Source: the human T2T-CHM13v2.0 reference genome, Homo sapiens. From it: 64,000 bases of DNA. The position numbers and the translations under genes are program-made. Location: assembly GCF_009914755.1 (NCBI RefSeq), contig NC_060935.1; one strand, written 5' to 3'. This document shows, one piece after another, positions 26,001-39,591 of this stretch. Positions within the stretch are counted from its first letter, which is position 1; each line of letters begins with the position of its first letter. Under the pieces are notes generated by a model. The model was given only the letters and a program-made list of their open reading frames with translations, ran no database searches and had not been told where the DNA came from.

Positions 26001-26544
26001 TCCTGGAGCCCAGGGAGCCAGGCTGAGCCCTGGCCTGTTCCATCCCTCCATGGAAGGAGGAAAGAGAAAAGCAGGACACTGGGTGTTCCTTACAGGTTTG
26101 GTCTGGGCTCTGAGGCGTGGGGGCTGTGGGTCTGGTACCTCTGCAGACTGGCATAGCTGAGCTTGCCTTGGCCACCCGCAGCCGCCTCATCCTGCTAGGC
26201 CACCCTGGACTCCACCACTCTCTCCCCTCATCCCCAAGCCCAGTCATAGCAGTGCCTTTAACCCAAAGCTGCTATTGCATGGAAGTCAGATCTCCCTCCC
26301 CTTCTGCCTCTTCCATGCCTCACTCTTACATGCTTTGTCTTATCACGTAGATATTTGTGAACATGCCTTATCTCCCTTGTGAGACAGAAAGAGATCCTTG
26401 AAGGCAGGGATTGTGGTGGCAGGTTCATCCCCAAACCCCTAGCACAGGCCTGGATCTGAGGAGGACACAGCATCTATTGGAAATACAAGCATTTGGGCAC
26501 ACAGCTCATAGGCACACAAGAAGCAAGGCATGGAGCTGGGTCTT

Positions 26545-27000
26545 TGCCACAGTCATTCTATGTAATAAGCCTCCCCAGTCTCAGTGGCATATGGCACCTA
26601 TTTTCTTGCTCAGGAGTCTGTGGGTTGACTGAGTAGCTCTGCTTCAGGCTGTAGGTCTAAGGGCGAGGGAGGCCCCAAGGGATTGACTGGGTTGGCTCCA
26701 GGCTATAGCTTGGCTCCAGGTCTGTTCCATGTGCCCTCAATCAGGGACCCTGACTGAAGGGGTAGTGGCCACCTGCGACAAGTTCTTTTCATGTAACCTA
26801 GCAGGAACATGAGTGACAGCCAACTGGCAGGCCCACTTAAAGCCTCTGCTCACGTCCCATCCACGAGTTACCACAGGTCAAAGCAAGCCTTGCCGCCAAG
26901 CCTCACGTCCATGGGGCAGGGCTATACACCCCACCAACTCCAGCAGGAAGGACTGCAAAGTCACAGCGTAAAGCGCAACTCTAGTATAGGGAGGGAGAAA
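26545..27000 (-). mobile_element. MLT1-type MaLR LTR relic
   Basis: tgtaataagcctccccagtctcagtggc...tctgtgggttgactg pattern. Highly diverged; boundaries approximate. Confidence 0.5.
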
Positions 27001-28242
27001 AGAACTGGGGGCACTTTCCAGCCAAAACTCCCAGCACAAAGGTCATGCGCAACAGTGTCCATTCATGGTTCTGTTGTGCTCACAGACACGCAGACTGATC
27101 CCCGTCCTCTGACAGAATACATGACCTTGTGCTGGTGTCGTAACCTCTCTGTGCTTGAGTTTTCTCAGCAGGAAAATGGGGGTAATAACAACGCTTTTCT
27201 GAGAGGATCGGGTGAGATTTAATAGACTTAATACATGTCAAATGCTCAAACAATTATTGGTATATATTGAGCACCCAATAAAAGTAAGCTGCTACTGCTT
27301 TTATTATGACTAATGCTGCCACCACCACCACCATCGCCATGTCATTATTATTATGTAGTGAAGCATCTGACTACATTCCTCAAATGCCTTCCATCCCCAG
27401 TTACACTAACTTAGAAGTGTAGACACGTGCACACAGCAAGCATCCACACGCACCAGGGGCTACAAACTAGCAACCCACTTGCTCAGTCTGCTGCAGACAT
27501 GTTTTTTTTTTTTTTTTGATGTGTCTGATATTTTAAGATGAGGTATTTCACATAAAAATCAAAATTTCTTCAGTCATCTTCACAGGTGATAAATACAGTT
27601 TGGGAAGAGATTGTATCTCCCAGAGAGAACACATGGGTAAAAAGATGAGAGGGCTCAGGTGGATGCATGGAGAACCCAGGTGTTTAAGGGTTGGCTGGAA
27701 TACTGGATAGCTGAGACGGCCAGCCACAGGGGCAGGGAGAGAAGGTGTCCCCAGGAGCAGGGACAGGGCAGGCTCAAGGACCGCAGGAGGACTCCCAAAG
27801 TCCTGTGAATTGGACTTAGAAACAAGGAGGTCACTGTGGACTGTGCTGGGGGTAGTTTGGGAGTGGTGGAGGCACAGGCAGGATTATAGGAATAGAGGGT
27901 TCATAAAGAAGAGGAGAGAGAGAAGAGTGTAGCCAACCCTTCCAGGAAGCTTGGCTAAGAAGGAAGAAGAAAGAGTAGGCTGGGGGCTGGGGGTGAGGAC
28001 TGGGATTAAAACAAGTTTTCTTAAGACAGGAGACTTTCAGCATATTTAAATATAGACAGGAAAGATTCAGTAGACAAATGAGGACACAAGAATGACACTG
28101 TGGAGAGGGAGGAGGGAAGTGAGAGGGAGCCAAGTTCAGGTGAAGGCTCCATCTTGAAGAGGAAAAATGACACCTGTTCTCTGGACACTGTCCCTGGAGA
28201 TGAGGTCACCTAGCTAGTTAGTGGCCAAGACAGAGCTGGGCG

Positions 28243-29660
28243 CATTCACTCATGAACTCATTCAGCAGACACTCACTGAACGCCTACCGTTCACCAGGTA
28301 CCACCCTAGCAACAAATGAAACAGACAAAAATCACTGCTTACATTCTAGTCATAGAAGAAAGAGACAATAAACAAAATGAAAAAAGGAAATTGTATAGTT
28401 TATTGGAGGGTGAGACACACTATGAATGAAAATCAAGGGGAATGGAGAGCACTGAGGCATGGGCTGCAATATTAAATAGGATGGTCAGGGCAGGTGACGT
28501 TCCACCAAGGACTTGAAGACAGCCAGTGAGTGAATGAGGCCTGCATGGAAACGTCTGGGGATAACACCTTCCAGGCAGAAGCAAGAGCAGTGCAAGGGGT
28601 CTGAGAAGGACGTGTGCCCAGAGTGCTGGAGGAGCATCACGGAGGTGCCATGGTGAGGACAGGGCAAGCCTGGGGCCAGTGCTAGGAGACAAGGTCACGG
28701 GACGCACTGGGGACTACGTTATCTTGGACTTTGCAGGCCTCGGTAGGGCCTTCAGCTTTCACCCTGAGTAAATGAGGGGCCACTGGGGGATTTTAAGCAG
28801 AGGAGTGGCATGATCTCAATCAGGTTTTAACTGAGTCACCCTGGCTGCTGTGTTGAGAATAGACTGTGGGAGTGGGGCACAGCAAGAGGCAGGGACGGAG
28901 GCCAGGCAGAGGCAGTTTCTATGATCCAAGCAAAAGACAATGGTGGCTGGACCAGGAGTGGGAAGCAGAGAGGCGGTGAGAGGGGTCTGGATTCCCGACG
29001 TGTTTTGAAGGCAGACCCACCAGGATTTGCCGATGGCCTGAATGAAGAACGAAAGGACAAGAGCAGTCAAAGATGCTGGCGAGGTGTTGGCTGGAGCAAC
29101 AGGAAGCTGAAGTTGCCATTTACTGAGAGGGGGAAGGCTATGGGCAAGACATGTTGGGTGGGTGGAGAAGATGAAGAACTCTGTTCGGACGTGTTGAGTC
29201 TGATGTGTCTGTTAGACACTTAGACGGAGATGCAAGTGAGCAGTGGTCTATATAAGTCTAGAATCAGGAATGTCCAGGCTGGAGATAGAAATCTGGGGGT
29301 CATTGTTGCCTGGGGTTATTTAAAGCCATGAGACCAGATGAGGGCATCAAGAGCATGAGTGTAGACAGAGAAGAAAAGAGGTTCAGAGACTGAGTCCCGG
29401 GATCTTTCAGTGTTACAAGGTCAAGGGGAGAAGGTGGAGCCAGGAGAGGAAATGAAGGAGATAGCCAGTGAAGAAGGGGCTGGGGATTGGGCAGGCCTTG
29501 CCATCCTAGAAGCTGAGAGAGCTGTTTCTAGGACGGAGTGACCAGCTGGGTCAAATGCTGCTGGTGTGTAGAATAGTCGAATAAGATGAGAACTGAGATG
29601 TTACCACTGGATTTAGCAACATGTTGGATGTTGCCGTCTTGACAGCAGCAGTTCAGAGGC
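28243..29660 (-). mobile_element. L2 element (~1.4 kb 3' portion)
   Basis: Starts with the antisense L2 tail cattcactcat...cattcagcagacactcactgaacgcctac. Internal L2 motifs include gattttaagcagaggagtggcatgatc and ggttatttaaagccatgagacc. Confidence 0.85.
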
Positions 29661-29939
29661 TGGTTAGCCTGGAATGGCCCCTCTGAATGTTTCAGAACCT
29701 TCCCTGTGGACTAAATGGGATGATCTGTGCATTCACGCCCTACATGTGGGAAATATGCCCTAAATGCCTGGGCATCTGGCAGGCTCGGGGGTGAGGGTTC
29801 CAGAGGTGGCACAGAGGACAAGAAGGTCAGCTTTGGAGTATCTGAGTAGACCCCAGGCCTAGAGGGGCCCTGAGCCCCTGGAAGGGTCCTGCTAGGCCAT
29901 TCATTTGCACCATCTCTCTAGACCCTGCTCTCCTCTCAG

Positions 29940-30123
29940 CAGATGAGCCCACCTCCCCCAAGAGGCCGAAGAGCATCTCTGAGCCACAGCACAGTGATGC
30001 GGAAGGGGACGCCGCCTCTCCCCTGCCCTCCGAGTGGACCTCAGTGAGGATCAGCCCTGGGGAGGAAGCAGCTGGACAGGATGTGCTGGCTGTGCGTGTC
30101 CTGGTCACCAGCGAAGACAGCAG
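29940..30123 (+). CDS. MICAL2: Linker exon 1 of long MICAL2-MICALCL isoform (phase 1-2): (A)[61 protein letters not shown]
   Basis: Pyrimidine tract with NAGNAG acceptor (tctcag|cag|at; alternative start 29943) and donor CAG|gtatgc. Stop-free in the frame inherited from 13854. Confidence 0.82.
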
Positions 30124-30654
30124 GTATGCTCAGGCTGCTGCCAGATGGGGACAGAAGCGGGGTTGGAGGAAGGGAATCACATTTGGGATGGGTCTTCTCT
30201 CTACTTGCTTGCAGTGTGGCCTCTCTGTGCCTCCATTTCCTCATCTGTAAAATGGCGACAATCATAGTACCCATCTCAGAGGGAGTGGTAAGATTCACAG
30301 AATTCATATGTGTTAAGTGTATAGAACAGTGCCCACACGTCATAAGCACTGTAAGTGTTAGCAATTGTTATTTTCTCGGGAAGAGAAAGGGCCTGGCCCC
30401 ATGCTCTTCTCAGGAGGCAGTGTCATGCTGACTGTAGTGAGGGGTGCAGAATGGGTGTCACCTGTCGCGAGGGCCGCCCACTGCAAGATGGTGATGCATG
30501 GGGCTGGGCAGGCTAGGATTCAGAGTGGGGAACATGAGGAGCGAAGCCCTGGTGCCTTAGGTGACTGTTTCTCAGAGCGCTGTCCTCATCACCTGCATCA
30601 GAAGCACCTGGAGTGGTTATTAGACATGCAGACTCCAGGACTCGCCCAGATGCA

Positions 30655-33340
30655 CTGAATTCACTCAAGAGGTAAGTCAACAGCAGGTATTGATTGCTTA
30701 TTATTTACTAGACTCTGAGGAAATAGCAGCGGCCAACACAAGACAAGGTCCTTGCTTTCCCATGGTTTCCATCACATTGGGAGCCATCTAGGAAGCAAGT
30801 TAAGTAGCTAAACAAGAAAAGCATCACCTATGCGCCAGGTCGATAAATAAAATAGACACATATGCTAGAGAGTGGCTGGTCAGCTGCCTTAGATTGGGTG
30901 GCCAGGAAAAGGCCTCTGTAGCAATTATTGATGCCCACAATAATGCTGAGTGACAAACCAGCCCCAAAGCAAGTGACTTAAACCAGCCACCGTTCATTAC
31001 ACCACGATTGTGTAAAAAAGTAGACCGGAGTAAGCCAACCCTGACCAAGTAAGCCAGGTGCAGCTGGGCAGTTGTGGTCTTGGTGGGCTCACCTGTGTGT
31101 TTGGGCCAGTAGGGTTCTGCTCTGGAGCCTGCGTGTCAGCTGGGGTGACAGAGGGCTATTGGGCCGTGGGTCTTTCATCCTCCAACTGGCAGTCCAGGCT
31201 TGTTAAGAGAAAGAGGGGAGGCATCCAAGATCTCCTGAGCCCCAGGCTTGACAACGCACAGTGCTATTCCAGTGCCATCTGATTGGCTACAGCATGTCAC
31301 AAGGCCTAAACAGATTCAACAAGTGGGGAGTAGGCTGCTGTCTTTAGGGGAAGAGCTGCAAAGCCCCCATTGCAAAGGGGCATGGATCTAAAGGGAATGA
31401 TTGCAACCATCTTTGCAGACAAATTCCCACAGCCTCCCAGAGGAGGTGACATTTAAGCTGAGAATTGGTTGGCAAGAAAGGACAGCAAAGGGAGAAGGGG
31501 AATGCAGGAAGTGACAACAGCTAGTGACAGGCCCCTGGGTGAGACTGAGTGTGTCTGGGCTAAGAGAAGGTCGGTGCGGCAGGTACACCCTGAGTGGGAA
31601 AAGAATAAGAGATTACACCAGGAAGGAAGGCAGGAGCAAGGCTTATAAGACAAGGTAAGGAGTTTAAATTGTGTTCTGGGTATCCAGTCATGCATCGCTT
31701 AATAGCCGAGATATGTTCTAAGAAATGTGTTATCAGGTGATTCTGTCATTGTGTGAACATGATAGAGGGCATTTATGCAAACCTAGATGGGCAAGCTCAC
31801 TCCACTCCTGGGCTATATGGTGTAACCTATTGCTCCCAGGCTACAGACCTGCACATTGTGTTACTCTACTGAATACTATCAGCAATTGTAACACAATGGT
31901 AAGTATTTGTGAATCTAAATATATATAAACATAGAAAAGGTACAGTAAAAATACAGTAGAAAATATAAAAAATGGTTCACCTATATAGGGCACTTACTAT
32001 AAATGGAGCTCACAGGACTGGAAGTTGCTCTGGGTGAGTGAGTGGGTGAGTGGTGTGTGAGTGTGAAGGCCTAGGACATCGCTGTACACTACTGTAGACT
32101 TTATCACACTGTGCACTTAGGCTACCCTACATTTATTTGAAAAATATTTTTCTTTCTTCAATAATAAATTGGCTTACTGTAACTTTGTTACTTTCTAAAC
32201 TTCTTTATTGTAGTAACACAGCTTAAAACACACACACACATTGAATAGCTGGAAAAATATTTTCTTTCTTTATACCCTTATTCTATAAGCTTTTTTATTC
32301 TTTACTTCTTAACTGACTGGCAGCACTGTAGGTTTTAAACCAGCATCACCGCAAACACGTGAGTGACACCTTTCCCTACGATGTTAACAAGGGCTGCGGC
32401 GTAAATAGGTGATAGGAATTTTCCCACTCCATTATAATTTTATGGGACCACCATCAAATATGGGTTATATTGCTGACTAAAACATCATTATGAAAGACAT
32501 GACTGTAATTCAAAGAATTTTTAAGTAGAAGAGTAACATCTCATTTACAGTTTTCACAGATCAGCAGGCCTCGCTTTGGGGAATGGATGAAGCAGGCGTG
32601 TGTGAGGATAAAGGCAGGAAGAGCAGGTGGAAGCCTGCAGCTCGGGGTCAGGATGGGAGCAGTGGAGATGGATTTGTTAATGGACTGAATGAGAGGGAAA
32701 GAGAATTTCAGAGTGACTCTCAGAATTTTTCCAGAGTGACTGAATGGCTGGTATGGTCATTTCTAAAGTTATCTTGAGGTGGGGAAGATTTCAGAGAAGG
32801 TGCACGTTAGTGGAGAAAGTCAAGAGTTCTGTTTTGGGCACGTTGGGTTTGAGATGCCGGTGTCTTTGTGGATGTCAGGTAAGTGGTTGAATATGTAAGT
32901 GTTCTGGGAGGCAGGGCTGGAGATGGTGATTTTAGAGGCTATTAAAGCCCAGGGCTCTGATGGGTTGTTTCCACAGTAAGAATATCTTCCTGTAGACAAA
33001 GAAGAGCTGGGCTCAGAAGAGAGCTCTGGGGCATTTGAACATTCAGTAGGCAAGTGGAGAAGAAGCTAGCAAAACCCACTGGGGAGCAAAGGAACCAGGA
33101 GATGGCACGTGGTGGAAGCCAAGAGAAGAAAGTGTCTCAAGAGGGAGGGTTTGGTTCTCTGCATCAGAGGCTGCTGGAGAGCCCAGTCGGATATGTATAG
33201 AGAAATGACCTTTGGACTTTCCAACGGGAGGCTCATTGTTAACTTGGACAAAGTGGCCTCGGTGGAGTGAACGAGTAGATGTGGGGAGAACATGAGGGGA
33301 AAGCAGGGACCGCAGTTGTAGACAACTGGCTCGTCAAGTC
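30655..33340 (-). mobile_element. Fragmented L2 interrupted by an MLT1-type LTR (~30917-31420) and a Tigger3 element
   Basis: L2 motifs resume after each insertion (gaggaggtgacatttaagctgaga; gagttctgttttgggcacgttgggtttgagatgc). Confidence 0.65.
31685..32505. mobile_element. Tigger3/MER7-family DNA transposon (TcMar-Tigger)
   Basis: TIRs cagtcatg...catgactg followed by TA, with characteristic ttctaagaaatgtgttatcaggtgatt and attataattttatgggaccacc. Confidence 0.85.
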
Positions 33341-34332
33341 TTGGTCATGCAGACTCTGGAATGGGGCTTGGGAACATAGGCTTGAGCATCCCACAGGTGA
33401 TTCATTCTGATGCCCAGAGAAGGGAAATGACCTGCCCTGGATCACACAGCCTTCAGAGTCTTCTAAGCCTCCACGTAGGCAGGCCTGTTTCCATAATAAC
33501 AGGCAGAAACCCAACTCAAACTAGCTTCGGTAACAAAGGCAAATGCATCGGCTCGTCTGACTGGGAAGTCCAAGGGTGGTCCTCATTCAGGCAGGGCAGG
33601 AGCCAGAGTCTCAAACAGCCCCTCTCCCTTCCTGCCTCTCTCTCTGCTGCTTTTACAGCCATTGGCAGAGAGGCTGTCTCCACACATGGAACTCGGCTAC
33701 TGAGGGTCTCAGACCGTATCCATAAATTCATGTCCTCAGGTCAGGATGCCAAGGCAGGCCTCCAGCTGCTACTCCCACATCACATACTTCCCTCTGGGAA
33801 CAATCAGTGAACAGGACTGGGGCACCATGACCAGCCAGGCTTGGGCACTCTGATGGATAGGGGGTCTGCCATAGACACAGGTGGACGAGTGGCAGTGACC
33901 TTGTGGAAGGAACCCTGCTGGATTTCCATGTACAGAGAGTGTGTGGATATATATAGTTTCACTAACACATCACTGCTTGAGCAGTTTTGTACTTTCCCAT
34001 CCTGGAACTGCGTGTGCTTGGGCTGCCCCTCTGTCTAGGACACCCTGCCTCCACTTCTTTGCCACTTGAATTCCAGTTATTTAAGGCCCATGTTAAATAC
34101 CACCCACCCCTCACCCCCACCCAGGTAGAATTTTCCATTCCCTCATCCATTCCATGGGGAAGAGAGCAGTATTTAAATGCCTGAAGTTTCGGGACCAAGT
34201 CCCTAATGATGAGCTTATCTGACCAGAGAGATCTTAGGAGTCATGCTTCGGGGCAGGTGCAGGTGAGCAGAGCAGGCTTTATTCAAACAGCTCCTCATGC
34301 ATTGCTGGGCCCCTTCTGCTCTGAGCCAAGCC

Positions 34333-34741
34333 TGTATTGTTCTGCTCTGGCTGCCATAACAAAGCGCCACAGACTGGGTGGCTGAAACAACAGAAACGTA
34401 TTTTCTCACTGATTTGGAGGCTGGAAGTCTGAGATCAAGGTGTGGGCAGGGTTGGTTCCTACTGGGGGATTGGAGGGAAGGATCTGTTCCAGGCCTCCCT
34501 CTTTAGCTTGTAGATGGCATCTTCCTGTTTGCATAGTGTTTTCCTTCTGTGCATGTGTGTGTCCACATTTCCTCTTCTTAGAAAGATATCAGGTGCATGG
34601 GACAAGGACCCAGCCTAACAACCTCATTTTACCTTAATGACCTCCTTAAAGGCCTTATCTCTAGATGCAGTCATATCTGAAGGTACTTGGGGTTAGGACT
34701 TCAGCATATGAGTTTTCAGGAATACAATTCAACCCATAACA
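34333..34741 (-). mobile_element. MLT1(A-C)-type MaLR solo LTR
   Basis: tgtatt...gctgccataacaaa...ccacagactgggtggc...acaattcaacccataaca, with 5-bp TSD-like aagcc/aagtc. Confidence 0.85.
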
Positions 34742-34888
34742 AAGTCCGAAGCTGGGCTCTGGGCACACAGGACTAAGCCCAGGCCCCCCAGGTGCGCTGG
34801 AGCAGTGCTGGGCAGGACGCAGTGTGGGTGTGTTGGGGCGTGGGTTCCAGACCCCCTGACTCACCCACCCACTCCTTCCTCCTTCCAG

Positions 34889-35055
34889 CTCTGACACAGA
34901 GTCTGACTATGGTGGCAGCGAGGCCTCCCACACAGAGCCCTGTGAAGAGAAACCCTGGCGGCCAGGATCCCCGCATCTACCGCACACGTCCCTAGGGGAG
35001 GCCCTGAGCAGGGCGGTCTCTCCACAGTGCCCTGAGGAGCCCAGAGCTGTGCACG
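34889..35055 (+). CDS. MICAL2: Linker exon 2 of long isoform (167 nt, phase 2-1): SDTESDYGGSEASHTEPCEEKPWRPGSPHLPHTSLGEALSRAVSPQCPEEPRAVH
   Basis: ccttcctccttccag|C acceptor and G|gtaagc donor. Phases match both neighbours and there are no stops. Confidence 0.82.
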
Positions 35056-35977
35056 GTAAGCAGAGAGCCCACCAGGCTTGATTCTGGGAAGTGGGGAGGG
35101 AACAGAGACCCCCCACAGCTGAATTTCCCTCTTGGAGGACCAGGTGACAGGAAGCCTCGCCCTCAGGCTCCAAGGCGGTGGGGCTAGGACCTTTGGGGAG
35201 TGGGAGGCAAGTGGCAGTGAAGGGACTTGAACCAGGCCTGGCTTCCGTCTCCATGAGAAGCTTTGGAATCCCAGTGGGGAAGACATCACGGGGCCTGGCT
35301 GGCTGTGGTTGGTCACAGGCTGGCAGGGATCAGGGGCCCGCAGGTCTCTCTTGCCTGGAGTGATCGCTCTCCTGCCTCCTGTATGGGCACCTCCTTAGGG
35401 GCCCCTCCAGCATCCCATAGCCCCTGAGGGAAGGGAGCTGGGTCCAGCTGCTGTTGGACAACATGCAGCCCTGGATGGCATCATCTCCCTGGGACCACCT
35501 GCACAGCACCGGGGCCATTACCAGTGTCTGGGGCTTGTGGGATGCACCCAAACTTCTACACAACAATTAATACACTTTTACTGCATACCTGTAATGGGCC
35601 AGGACTTTTCCCATACGTGTGGTCATCCCAGGATGACCCTGTGGGGTAACTAGTGCGAAGCCTGTTTCACAGGTGAGCAAACAGGCTGAGTGGTCTCCCG
35701 AAGTCTCAGCCAGTGCTGGTGCCACCCTCCAGCCACCACTGCCCAAGCTCTGGCTTACTAAGAAGTAGCTGTCTTTAGCAGCCCAGCTTGTGTTTAATAC
35801 AAAGTTGACCTGGAACCGAGTGTTTTGATTCAGTCAACAATTTGGGACCAAATCGTCTGATTTATGGGTAACTTCTGGACGAGCCTGGGAAGAAACAGGC
35901 TAACCTGACGGAAACTTGCTGCCCAATGGCTCCACAGCCTTAGTTGCCCTGGGAGAGCTGGAGCTCAACTTGTCCTG

Positions 35978-35996
35978 CATCGCCACCTGGTGGTCA
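35978..35996 (-). promoter_or_regulatory. Candidate CTCF site (reverse orientation)
   Basis: Reverse complement TGACCACCAGGTGGCGATG carries the CTCF core CCACCAGGTGGCG. Motif match only. Confidence 0.6.
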
Positions 35997-37326
35997 TGAG
36001 CAGAATTGCCACCTGGTCCGTGAAATGTTTTCAGGAGTGATGGTTTCCCAGGAAGACGAGGGCTGGGGCAGAAAGAACTCATATAGATATTTTTAAATCC
36101 TGGAATTGTTGAATTTACTCTAGAAATGTTGAATTTTACCCTCATTTTTTAAAAAAGTGACACTTTTTAAAAAGGACAGATTATCATCCAAACACATTTG
36201 TTAAGTACCATTTGTGGGGCTGTGCAGAAAGGCTCAGCACTGGCACTGAACTGAGTACTCTCCTGTGCCCAGCTGGGTCCAGCCCCACCTCTGGTTACTG
36301 CGTGGCCTTGGTGTACCCTTCCATCCCCCTGGGCTCCAGCTCCCCATCTCCAGATATGAAGTTGGCCTGCCTTTCATCCCTTCCCTCCATTTCCCCTCCA
36401 ATTGCCAGACGGTTTTAGGCAACTTACAAGAAAAACATAAAACAAAATTGTACATTTATAAATATGAAAGATCAAGCCTCAAAATCAGGTCTAACAAAAC
36501 CAGTTTAGGAGGGATAGACCCCAGAGAGGCAGACCATAATCCTAAACAGTTGCTCTAATTGAATCATAAGTTTGATTCTGAGTTTTCTAGCTTCCAGCAT
36601 TTAAAAGGAAACACAGAACATCGTTATTCTCATTGTTTATGAGGAAAACATATATTGGTTTGCAGCAGGTCTCTGAGTAGGCACAACTTCTCCTAATGCT
36701 TAACTCTGTAGTTTCTGGCTCATACCAAATAGATGATATTGAGAAATGTGTTCGATCATGTCTTAACAGTTCCTCAGAAAATGCAGCCTTAGTATTCTCG
36801 AGGCTGTTTCTTACAGCAACCCTTGCTGGAAGGTGAGGGCATGACAAAAAAACATGACTCAGTGATAGCAGTTTTCTTAGCGGGATGGGGTTGTGTTGGG
36901 AGACTAGTTGGGTTGGGTAGTGAAGCCAAAGCATTTTGTTTCTGACAGTCCAGTTTAACGCCAGAATAAAATACAGAGTAGGTAAGTGGGTAGAATGCGT
37001 GACTCTCAAACAATTCTTTGTCGAGTTAGTCTTCATCAGTCATTGTTTTATCATTGCTAGGTGGACCACATTGTACAGTTAAGCTCTCTGGCACAGGTCT
37101 AAGTGCTGTGCTTTGTGCTGCTGGTTATGGTAACCCCATCACTTTACCAAATAATGCAGGGTTGACCCTTTGTGTGGGTTTTATGGAGCTTCATTAACCA
37201 CAATTCTCACCTGGATAAATGCCTCCAAGGTAGACCAAGGGAATGCCAGACAAGACCAGGATATTGCTTTGAAAAGACTCCTGGTTGCAGTGTGGAGTTT
37301 AAAAAAAAAAAAAAAAAAAAAGACTC

Positions 37327-37705
37327 TACGTTGGTCCAGCCATGCTCATAGAAGCATTATTCACATTAGCCAAAAGGGGGAAACAAATCAAATGTTCAAC
37401 AGACAAATGGATAAACAAAACGCAGTATATCCATACAGCAAAATGTTATTCAGACTTTAAAAGGAAGGGACTCTGACATGTGCTACAACTTAGATGAACC
37501 TGCAAAGCATGCTGCTAAGGGAAATAAGCCAGTCATAAAAGGACATACATCAGTTTGGGATGAGGGCAGAGTTCTGGAGATGGGTGGTGGTGAGGTGGTG
37601 ATGGCTGCACAGCAGGGTAAGTGTACTTAATGTCACTGAAATCTAGACTTAAAAATGTATAAGTAACAATTTTTATATTATGTATATTATTTTCCACAAT
37701 TTTTA
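37327..37705 (+). mobile_element. L1MB-like 3'-end fragment
   Basis: gcattattcacattagccaaaagg...acaaatggataaacaaaa...; aaaagact occurs on both flanks. Confidence 0.8.
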
Positions 37706-38857
37706 AAAAGACTTCGGGGACTACCTTGGCACATGAAGAAACTTATTACATCCTCAAAGTTCACAGAGCGTGCCCAAGAGGATGGCCTGAAATACAGCTC
37801 ACACCCTATGTTATGGAGGCTGCAGAAAGCCCCCTAAAACATCAGGGTCAGGGATTCGTGATAATCTTGTTTAAAAGGCAGATTCCCAGGTTCTCACCAT
37901 CAGAAATTCAGATTGAGTGGGTCTGGAGTGGTGCCAAGTGTGTGCATTCTGTGTAAGCATCCCCAGGGGCTTTGACACAGTGGACCATGTTCTACACTTT
38001 GGGAGTTTCAGAAATGCAGCTTTGTGGAAGGCCTTCCTAGATGAATTCATTGTGAAATCCACACCCAAGCAACTAAATGAATCGATCTAGTGCATTGGAC
38101 TCTTAGCTATAAACTAATTAGATTTAGGAGAACAACCTGCCCCGAATTATTCTGGCTTAGAGGAATTGATATTTATCCATCTTTTTTTCTGGCAATAATT
38201 TGATCCAATGGAATATGGAGGACACTTATCAGTTTGTAGCAATGAAATGATATCATCAGCACCACATGGGAAAATACCCTCTCACTCCTTTTACAGTGGG
38301 TCATGCACTAAGATCTCTGAAAGTGCTCCTTTAAAATAAATAAACACACATAGAATATAAGCTAAAAAGAAGGGATCAGCCCACTTTATGCTGCTCAGCA
38401 TTACTAGATGAAGTCATTACTACCCACCCTATTGTTCCCGTTGTGGTAAAAATGTGTGCATGTGTGTTCTATTAACACCAGTGATGGAAAATCTCTCTTG
38501 AACTTTAGCCATTTCCAATAGGTTCCATTCCACAAAGTTACAAGCTAAGAAGAAGCAATTAGAGCTTTATGCAATTTTTTTTTTTAGAAATGTCTTCATT
38601 AAGTGATTAAGAGGCTAGCTTTGGCCAGCAGGATGTAGCTGTGCTTAAGACCTGCTTGCTCCTTATGGAAAACATCCAGCCTGGAAAGCCCAGGCAGCCA
38701 GCAATTGGGGGGTGGGCTATTCATCTCCTCATGGGGAGCTGGGAAGACTGTGTGCCCATCCATACAGGCTCCTCCTCAAACCCATGGGCTTGATTTTGAG
38801 AGCAGGCCTGTGGGATTGGGAACCTGCCAGACAGAGCAGACATGAAGCGCCTCCAAA

Positions 38858-39591
38858 TGTAACCACCCGAAGGGTTCTCCTTGCCTGCTGCCTAGACTGA
38901 GCTGATTTCTCAAGACAGGGGAATTGCGATAGAAAAAGAGTTTAATTTACACAGAGCTGGCTGTACAGGAGACCAGAATTTTATTATTACTTAAATCAGT
39001 CTCCCTGAAAACTCGGGGATCAGGATTTTTAAAGATAATTTGTTGAGAAGGGGTTCGGAAAATGGGGAGTGCTGATTGGTCAGGTCAGAGATGAACTCAT
39101 AGGGAGTCAAAGCTGTCCTCTTGCACTGAGTCAGTTCCTGAGTGGGGGCTAAAAGACCAGATGAGCCAGTTTATCAATCTAGGTGGTGCCAGTTGAACCT
39201 CTGAGCGCAGAGTCTGCAAAATATCCCAAGCACTGATCTTAGGCTTTACAATAGTGATGTTAGCCTCAAGATGCAATTTGGGAAGGTTCGGAATCTTGCA
39301 ACTTCCAGCTGCATGACTCTTAAACCACAATTTCTAATCTTGCGGCTAATTTGTTAGTCCTGCAAAGGCAGTCTTGTCCCCAGGCAGGAAGGGGGTTTGT
39401 CTGGGGAAAGGGCTGTTATCGTCTTTGTTTCCAAACTAAACTATAAACTAAGTTCCTCCCAAAGTTAGTTCAGCCTACGCCCAGGAATGAACAAACACAG
39501 GGTGGAGGTTAGAAGCAAGAGGGATTGGTTAAGTCAGATCTCTGTCACTGTCATAATTTTCTCAGTTATAATTTTTGCAAAGGCATTTTCA
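38858..39591 (-). mobile_element. LTR8-family (ERV1) solo LTR, 734 bp
   Basis: Reverse complement starts TGAAAATGCCTTTGCAAAAATTATAACTGAG and ends ...GGTTACA. TSD caaa on both sides. Confidence 0.85.
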
